Of a stretch of 64,000 nt of DNA, positions 57,982-64,000 are shown piece by piece. Origin of the DNA: a virus. The notes under the pieces were generated by a model. It was given only the letters and a program-made list of their open reading frames with translations. It searched no databases and had not been told where the DNA came from. The DNA is taken from IMG/VR virus record IMGVR_UViG_3300005254_000003, positions 86 through 64,085 of that record, one strand, 5' to 3'. Positions within the stretch are counted from its first letter, which is position 1. Every line of letters begins with the position of its first letter. The translations under genes and the position numbers were made by a program.

Positions 57982-58623
57982 ATGAGGATGACAATAATTC
58001 CAAGTGATCAAGTAATAAGTGTCAATGGTGCGGGGCTGAATTGTGCCTTCACCTGTGCTGCCAACATCCATGCCATCCAGGTCTATGATGGTTACGCCGA
58101 GATTGAATACAATGACGGCGAGCTGAACCAGAAAGTCACCGGGACGGATTTGCAAACCATCATTGATACCTATCAACCGATTTTCAATGCAGCCATGCTG
58201 CGGGTTACTCCGCCGAACGCATACTCCGTATTTGATGAAACGATAGAAAGCTGGGTGCCGGATCTGAATCTGTATCGACAGGTCAAAATGGGAGAGATTT
58301 ACCGGGCTTTTGATGAAGTTGTCCGGCAGCCTGTTCCGGTCGAAGTCAATGGCACCACCTACATCATGGATGGCAAGGAGGACAGTGCATCCCGGCTCAA
58401 CGCAGCCATTTCCTTGGCCCAGGTCTTGGGGCAAACAACCATCGACATTATCGATTATTACGATGCCAAACATCCCGGGGTATCACTTGCCGATGCACTT
58501 AAGATCGTCCTGGCTCAAGGCACCTTTTATCAAGCTCACTACTATCGGCGGGCAGATAAGCGCATCGCGGTCAATGCGGCAACGTCCATCGAGGAACTTC
58601 AAACCATCACCTGGGAAAATTAA
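57982..58623 (+). CDS. Tail fibre assembly chaperone (DUF4376-like)
   Basis: HAIQ...EIEY; ...ATSIEELQTITW. Confidence 0.75.
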   Translation: MRMTIIPSDQVISVNGAGLNCAFTCAANIHAIQVYDGYAEIEYNDGELNQKVTGTDLQTIIDTYQPIFNAAMLRVTPPNAYSVFDETIESWVPDLNLYRQVKMGEIYRAFDEVVRQPVPVEVNGTTYIMDGKEDSASRLNAAISLAQVLGQTTIDIIDYYDAKHPGVSLADALKIVLAQGTFYQAHYYRRADKRIAVNAATSIEELQTITWEN

Positions 58624-58640
58624 TGCGGGAGGTTTCAATC

Positions 58641-58937
58641 ATGCGTCACTATTCTTTTACCGATCAGCTTTATCATTCCGACATAGCGAATCATGTCGTG
58701 GCGGCTGCGGATGTCTCCCAGGTCTTGAACCTGGCACCAGCATCCAAAACCCTTTTCATCCGAAATACGGGGGCGGACAACGTCTATATCGCCTTTGACA
58801 AAGATGTGGCGACTACCGATGATTTTCTGCTGGCGCCGACAGATGGCCTCGTTGAGTTCAAGGTGCAGTGCGAAAAGCTGGCCTTGGTTTGCGACGCCGG
58901 ATTGACGACCAGCGTTCGGGTCAGCTCAAATTATTAA
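58641..58937 (+). CDS. Hypothetical beta-rich structural protein
   Basis: GGAGG RBS; LFIRNTGADNVYIAF. Confidence 0.55.
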   Translation: MRHYSFTDQLYHSDIANHVVAAADVSQVLNLAPASKTLFIRNTGADNVYIAFDKDVATTDDFLLAPTDGLVEFKVQCEKLALVCDAGLTTSVRVSSNY

Positions 58938-58955
58938 TTTTGGGCCAGTTCTACC

Positions 58956-58967
58956 GTAATTAATTAC
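58956..58967. promoter_or_regulatory. Palindrome 12
   Basis: GTAATTAATTAC, perfect. Confidence 0.85.
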
Positions 58968-58974
58968 TTGGGCT

Positions 58975-59223
58975 ATGCAGATGTATATCTCAAGGGGAGA
59001 TCGTTTGAAATATGGGGCGCAGAGCGAAGGGGAAGGGGATATCAAGGAAGCAATAATCGGCAAAGCGGTTGATTTCTTCAAATCCTCGGGCGGAATACCT
59101 TCTCGCCGGGAGTATGGGCGCCTTTCGGGGCGCCCTTTTGGTATCTCGACGATCGAACGGCTGTTCGGGTGGGGTGAATTCAGGCGCCTTGTTGATGAAA
59201 AGATGGGCAGCCCGTTTATATGA
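58975..59223 (+). CDS. Homing-endonuclease-associated repeat (HTH-like) fragment
   Basis: GGIPSRREY...ISTIERLFGW.EF. Confidence 0.5.
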   Translation: MQMYISRGDRLKYGAQSEGEGDIKEAIIGKAVDFFKSSGGIPSRREYGRLSGRPFGISTIERLFGWGEFRRLVDEKMGSPFI

Positions 59224-59448
59224 ACGGGTGTTTGATGGGGGTGGATGATCTGGCTGAGACTTCGGCTTTGTGCTCGAGGCCCAGCCAAACGCTGGTGGGA
59301 GTGGATCCGGAACTGGGGGCGGCCTATCGATACAACCTTTATGCCGACAAATTTGCCGAAGGCGGTGACACCTCGATTTTATTGAAAAAATATCCAATCT
59401 TGAAAACGACATTCAGATAATTATCATGAATCAGGATAATCCATTGGC

Positions 59449-60156
59449 ATGGGAAAACGGCAAGAGGTTGTCATGGCTGATGAAACTGGAAATAGTCCTT
59501 TATTTGATCCAGAACCGCTAAGGGGCTATTTAAAAAAATCTTTCGTCGGGGTAGTCGTCTATGACATCCACCTTGGGCATCTTATCGAAATAAACGATTC
59601 AGCCCTTGAAATATTTGGCTATTCACAAGATGAAGTTATTCACAATCCTCAACTATTTCAAAATCTTTTTTTCAACAATACTTTCAAAGACTTTGAAACA
59701 AAAATCTTGAATGCGGCATTGGCTTACGGTTACAGTTCACCGGCCAATTTCGCTATCGTCAAAAAAAACGAAACCATCGCTTATATAAAAATTCAAGGTT
59801 TTATGGTGGAGGATAAGATCTTAAAAAAACAGTATCTTTATTGTCACCTGGTTGATTTTACGGAATACACCCACATGATGGTGTACCTCGACGAAATAAA
59901 AAGTGGGAAAGCGAGTCGATTGAAGGAAAAATCAGAGCAGCGGATTTTCGAAAGAAAGCTCGCTGGCCGTAATTTAACACCTGCCGAATTGAAAATCTGC
60001 TGGATGCTTCGAAATGGATTCGGAACGAACATCATATCTCAAAGGTTAAAAATCTCGCCGGCAACTGTTTTGACACATCGGAAACATATTCGACACAAGT
60101 TGGATTTAACTTCTCAGAAAAAAACTTTGATTGAATATCTTATTGAATTCACATAA
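59449..60156 (+). CDS. PAS + LuxR-type HTH transcription factor
   Basis: EINDSALEIFGYSQDEV (PAS); LTPAELKICWMLRNG...ISQRLKISPATVLTHRKHIRHKL. Confidence 0.85.
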   Translation: MGKRQEVVMADETGNSPLFDPEPLRGYLKKSFVGVVVYDIHLGHLIEINDSALEIFGYSQDEVIHNPQLFQNLFFNNTFKDFETKILNAALAYGYSSPANFAIVKKNETIAYIKIQGFMVEDKILKKQYLYCHLVDFTEYTHMMVYLDEIKSGKASRLKEKSEQRIFERKLAGRNLTPAELKICWMLRNGFGTNIISQRLKISPATVLTHRKHIRHKLDLTSQKKTLIEYLIEFT

Positions 60157-60317
60157 TAAAATTAATACGGCATTTTACATCATCCCCTTATAATACCCAA
60201 AAAATACCCCTGTTTGGGGTTTTTCATTTCTGTTCCTCTGTAATATAACCGGCCCTCCATTTTTGATTTTGAAAATATATAATGTTTTTCCAATAACTTA
60301 TCTACGCTGAAAGGTAA

Positions 60318-60788
60318 ATGAACATGGAAGTTGAACGTGAACTGTCTGATCCTACTACTTTCCAAATTGGAATAACTTTGTCGAAACATGATGACTTTGC
60401 AAAAGAACCGTGGTTCCCCTCTGCTTTGGGGAAAAATGTCTTGTCCAGGGTTGAGGGGCAGACTCTCCGATGTGCGATCGTTCACAAGACTGGGGCATAC
60501 ATCATTGATATTCCCCGGCATTTGTTGAAATTTTCCAAGGCGGCGGAAAAATGGTTTTTGCAATTTCCGCCGGAAATAAAGGACGTGCTACCCGAAATCG
60601 ATGAAACAAGCCATATCCGGGTTTTTCAAATAACTCCCGAATCACGATTGCTTGATACTGTTTTCATCCGACATCCTTTCATAAAAAATCTGTATTTGTC
60701 CCAAAGTAAAAAGGAACACCGGTTGTATCTCCTCATTGAGGGGGAGGCATACGGAATCGGCATAGACAAGAAGCTGATCGTTCAATAG
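60318..60788 (+). CDS. Hypothetical protein
   Basis: 156-aa ORF, AAAGG RBS. Confidence 0.5.
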   Translation: MNMEVERELSDPTTFQIGITLSKHDDFAKEPWFPSALGKNVLSRVEGQTLRCAIVHKTGAYIIDIPRHLLKFSKAAEKWFLQFPPEIKDVLPEIDETSHIRVFQITPESRLLDTVFIRHPFIKNLYLSQSKKEHRLYLLIEGEAYGIGIDKKLIVQ

Positions 60789-60800
60789 ATTCGAAAACAG

Positions 60801-60846
60801 AACGCCCTTGTCAGGGATTGAATCTTTCTGGCAAGGGCGTTTTCTT
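60801..60846. terminator. Bidirectional terminator between convergent genes
   Basis: AACGCCCTTGTCAG / CTGGCAAGGGCGTT stem. Confidence 0.65.
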
Positions 60847-61180
60847 ATTTCACGATTCTTGGAATGAAGGGGGGCTTTGAATCTTTCTTTTGCAGGGCTT
60901 GTTCCAGCAATTTTTCAAGATCGGCTACAACTAGCTTTTCTTGGATCAGCCCGCTATAATCATGCAACTCCCAAGTGCCGTCGATCATGTGCCGCAGCTC
61001 GAGGATATTGGTGCAAAATACCGACGTGCAAAAGTACATGGTGAATTCAGGCAGCTCGATCGCCTGGCACCATTCCTTGCAGCGCAGGCAGCGCACCCGG
61101 ATCGGATCGCCATGATCGATCAGGAACGTGTTAGAGGCGGCTGAGAAATTTTGCTTCGTATCGGTTTTGTATTTCGTCAA
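60845..61180 (-). CDS. Zn-finger hypothetical protein
   Basis: CLRC...C...C; overlaps the recombinase 3' end. Confidence 0.5.
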   Translation of the reverse strand: MTKYKTDTKQNFSAASNTFLIDHGDPIRVRCLRCKEWCQAIELPEFTMYFCTSVFCTNILELRHMIDGTWELHDYSGLIQEKLVVADLEKLLEQALQKKDSKPPFIPRIVK

Positions 61181-61706
61181 AGTTCAGCGTCCCGTAAACG
61201 TCATAGGTGGTTTTGAAGGATTTATGCCGGATCAATCCTTGGACTTCCTCGATGCCCAAACCTGAGTCTTTACACATCCGACAAAAGGTGTGGCGCAGCA
61301 AATGGGGGTTGATGTTTCCCGTTTTACTTTTCGGGTTGGGCGTCTTAAGCCCGGCCCGGGCGCCTATCTCCGAAACGATGCGATTGATCTGAGTGATGGT
61401 CAGTGCGGCGTTTTTCTTTTTTCGGGCTGGGAATAGATACCCGGTTCTCCGATTGGCGATAAAAAACTTGATGTCTTGCATCAGATCCGGTGGCACTGGA
61501 ATGATGCCGTCCAGCCGGCCTTTGCCTATAAATGTTATACGATTCCGATCCCAATCGATACGATCGATCAGAAGGTTGGCGACTTCCTCCCGGCGCAGGC
61601 CGCAATGCACCATCAATCGGATGATGATTCGCTCTCGAAGGTCGGCGCAATGGAAAAGCAGTTTCCGGACTTCAGCCGGTTTCAGGGTGTATTTTCCGTT
61701 GGACAT
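61131..61706 (-). CDS. Small tyrosine recombinase (catalytic domain only, 191 aa)
   Basis: GLRREE (R), GKGR (K), HLLRH (HxxR), IRHKS, TTYDVY (Y); AAGGAGG RBS. Confidence 0.9.
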   Translation of the reverse strand: MSNGKYTLKPAEVRKLLFHCADLRERIIIRLMVHCGLRREEVANLLIDRIDWDRNRITFIGKGRLDGIIPVPPDLMQDIKFFIANRRTGYLFPARKKKNAALTITQINRIVSEIGARAGLKTPNPKSKTGNINPHLLRHTFCRMCKDSGLGIEEVQGLIRHKSFKTTYDVYGTLNFDEIQNRYEAKFLSRL

Positions 61707-61739
61707 GGCGCCTCCTTTCTTCGGAAACTCAACTATACA

Positions 61740-61770
61740 CAAAAAAAGTGCCCCGGCGCAAGGCCGGGGC
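61740..61770 (-). terminator. Terminator just upstream of the recombinase
   Basis: GCCCCGGC / GCCGGGGC stem with a T7-8 tract on the minus strand. Confidence 0.65.
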
Positions 61771-61967
61771 GTTGAGGGTTATCGGAAAAAATCCTGGACG
61801 ATCTTTTCCTGTTCTTCGGATAAAATAGAAATGAAACGATTCAGAAACAGGAACCATTGGACAACGAGACAATCAAAATGAAGGTAAAAAGCGTAAACCA
61901 ATGGACCGTTCCAGTGATGCCGATTTGATAGAATTTATCCGATCGTACATTTTGAAAATAGTTTTTA

Positions 61968-62168
61968 TTGATGCAATGGCAAAACTTTATTTGCGAATAC
62001 GAGGAAGTTTATAGCGAAGTATCGTTCGCTGTTGCCAATGCTTTAAAATGCTTTGATCCCAAAAGAGAAACCCGGTTTTCCTCATACGCCATTGAGGCCA
62101 TCAAACACAAAATGGCCGACTTTCGGCATAAACTCATCCAGTATCGAAGCCGCTTCATTTCGCTTTAA
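61968..62168 (+). pseudogene. sigma70 region-2 fragment
   Basis: ALKCFDPKRETRFSSYAIEAIKHKM; no region 4. Confidence 0.55.
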
Positions 62169-62286
62169 TCTGTGACAGAGTTCAACCCCAATCAAGAAGC
62201 ATAAAAGGATTGTGAAACTATGCTTTTGTTTAGCCATGGGACTGATGAAGCCATAGTTGTTCAGGGACAGCAACCCTGCCCAGCTT

Positions 62287-63285
62287 TTATTTTTTGAATT
62301 TCTTTCTTGAAGCCCCTAATAATCCGACCAAGCCCGCGCCCAATAAAACAATCGTCGTTGGTTCTGGTACTGGCGCCGCCGATGAGCGGATATTGTTAAG
62401 ATAAACCGTAGGATTAGTCTCTTGCCCAAAATCATAAAGGTTAAACATTATTTGAGTGTCTTGGCCGCGAGCCCATTCGGGCACATAAAAGCTTGCTGTT
62501 TCCCACCCATTAGAGCTTCCACCAAAATTCAATTCCCAGCCGAAGGTTTCCCATCCGGTACCATTAAAAAAAAGGATATCGAAGTTGTTGTCGGTGGGTT
62601 CCATACCCATTTCCCACCAGTAGTCAAAGGTGAAGGTATCACCGAGGGTTAGGTAATCGGTCAGGTAGGTTTCGGTTGTGGTTACTGAGGGACCGTAGTC
62701 GCCGTCACGCACGGCCCAGGCGAAACTATCATGCTCTTTATTTCCAACGCTTTGCAGGCCGTATTCATACATTGCGAACTCCCATGAATACGAGGGATCA
62801 CTTGCTGTCTCTGTGCCATACCAATACCAGTCTGATTGAATGTTCAAAAATGGATTTGGTGAAGACGAATTAATGCCTTCGTTCCAATATAGATGTCCCA
62901 TTTCACCTTCCGAAATAAAGCCAGAGGTTGTACCAGGAGTGTTAGGAAGTCTCCAATCTTCATACCCGCCATATTCGAGTTGATTAGCCCATTCCATAGC
63001 AATTTCCCAGTTCATGTCACCATCATCATCATATCCCGATGTCGCTGCGTAATTCGCGTCCTGAAGCCAAGTAATACCTTGGTCAGTGTCATAGATCATG
63101 CCGGTTCCGCGGTCGATTAGTGTTGCGTTTGCAGGCATTGAGAAACCAACCACAACAGCCAGTAACAAGAGTGTAATTTTAACCTTCATCGTTTCCTCCT
63201 TATTCGCACCAAACTTCACATTTTTCATTCCGGTCAAGATTAAAAAGTGTTGCAAAGACACACGCACCATTTGCATTACCATCAA
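62287..63285 (-). CDS. PEP-CTERM protein with DUF1566-like domain
   Basis: Signal peptide; TWLQDAN...DWRLP; PVPEPTTIVLLGAGLVGLLGASRKKFKK; probable start near 63189. Confidence 0.85.
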   Translation of the reverse strand: MMVMQMVRVSLQHFLILTGMKNVKFGANKEETMKVKITLLLLAVVVGFSMPANATLIDRGTGMIYDTDQGITWLQDANYAATSGYDDDGDMNWEIAMEWANQLEYGGYEDWRLPNTPGTTSGFISEGEMGHLYWNEGINSSSPNPFLNIQSDWYWYGTETASDPSYSWEFAMYEYGLQSVGNKEHDSFAWAVRDGDYGPSVTTTETYLTDYLTLGDTFTFDYWWEMGMEPTDNNFDILFFNGTGWETFGWELNFGGSSNGWETASFYVPEWARGQDTQIMFNLYDFGQETNPTVYLNNIRSSAAPVPEPTTIVLLGAGLVGLLGASRKKFKK

Positions 63286-63315
63286 TGAAAATGACCTTGT
63301 CGCCTTCGTCCCAGC

Positions 63316-64000
63316 CTAAACAATGAGTTTTTGCCTCAAACACCTCATCGTTAATGACAAATTTTTCATCATTGACCGCTGCTTGAATTTCTTGCGTGAA
63401 GCCCCAGCCAGCCCCAACAACCCTGTTCCTAACAAAATTAAAGTGGCTGGTTCGGGGACTGGTGCCGTTGACGATGATCCGATGTTTCTAAGGTAAACAG
63501 TGGGATCAGTATTTTGTCCTAAATCCAATACGCTAAACATTATTTGAGCATCAATGCCCCTGGCCCATTCAGGAACCCAAAAAGAAGCTGATTGCCATTG
63601 GTCGGAGGTTCCATCAAAGTTCAGGTTCCAGCCGAGCGCTTCCCATTGGGTTCCTCTAAAGAACAGAATGTCTAAGTTGAAGTCTGTAGGCTCAACACCC
63701 ATTTCCCACCAATAATCAAAGGTGAAGGTGTCGCCGAGGGTCAGGTAGTTGGTGAGGTATGATTCAGTTGTGGTTACCGTTGCATCCCATTCTGGGTCAA
63801 GCAGTATGGCATGAAAATCATCAATACCTTCAAATGAATTGTATCCCCACCCCACAATTTCACCATTTTCATTAATGTCGGATGCCGTATTCACGATCCA
63901 ACCGGATTCTTGGTCTAATAATTCATTCAAATCGGTCAAGACACCGTTGTGCCAAATAAATCCATGGTATTCACCTGGAGAAGTTGAGGTGCCAGTGTGT
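63316..64000 (-). CDS. HAF-repeat PEP-CTERM protein, 5' end outside the window
   Basis: HGFIW...TDLN...ASDINENGEIVGWG; PVPEPATLILLGTGL; frame is open to the window edge. Confidence 0.8.
   Translation of the reverse strand, partial: HTGTSTSPGEYHGFIWHNGVLTDLNELLDQESGWIVNTASDINENGEIVGWGYNSFEGIDDFHAILLDPEWDATVTTTESYLTNYLTLGDTFTFDYWWEMGVEPTDFNLDILFFRGTQWEALGWNLNFDGTSDQWQSASFWVPEWARGIDAQIMFSVLDLGQNTDPTVYLRNIGSSSTAPVPEPATLILLGTGLLGLAGASRKKFKQRSMMKNLSLTMRCLRQKLIV

Larger units (their letters stand above)
16200..62170. mobile_element. Phage-derived element (Twort/SPO1-like head and contractile tail), no recognisable terminase or replication module; boundaries approximate
   Basis: Portal, protease, MCP, neck, sheath, tube, TMP, baseplate, fibre, lysis genes and a Tyr recombinase; no att repeat found by eye. 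Confidence 0.9.

Noticed and set aside
59220-59420. 66-aa ORF as a real gene
   Set aside because: No RBS or motif; probably a remnant

Overview
The window has three parts. (1) 1-10 kb is a run of same-strand accessory and defence-like genes (trypsin-like protease, SEC-C/nuclease, ankyrin, GmrSD-like, Mrr-like nuclease). They are separated by attC-like hairpins, so this looks like an integron-type cassette array with no integrase in view. A type III restriction-modification pair follows on the minus strand (10.2-16.0 kb). (2) About 16.2-62.2 kb is a phage-derived element. It carries a near-complete Twort/SPO1-like (A511-type) head and contractile-tail gene set, a lysis cassette and a small tyrosine recombinase. 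I could not find a terminase, DNA-replication genes or a CI-like repressor. The head region encodes probable capsid-packaged cargo proteins: a PARP-like H-Y-E ADP-ribosyltransferase, a sigma70-like protein, an HD hydrolase and an InPase-domain protein. Several share an N-terminal H-V-K-x-[HY]-x-R...GK...YD motif and L-x-K-[AS] processing-like sites. A palindrome, GTAA-N4-TTAC, occurs 12 times in front of genes across the element, often immediately after sigma70 -10 boxes. The tail chaperone pair has a candidate +1 frameshift at TCC TTT CGT C. (3) 62.3-64 kb holds host-type PEP-CTERM genes. All family assignments come from motif recognition by eye; no database search was run.
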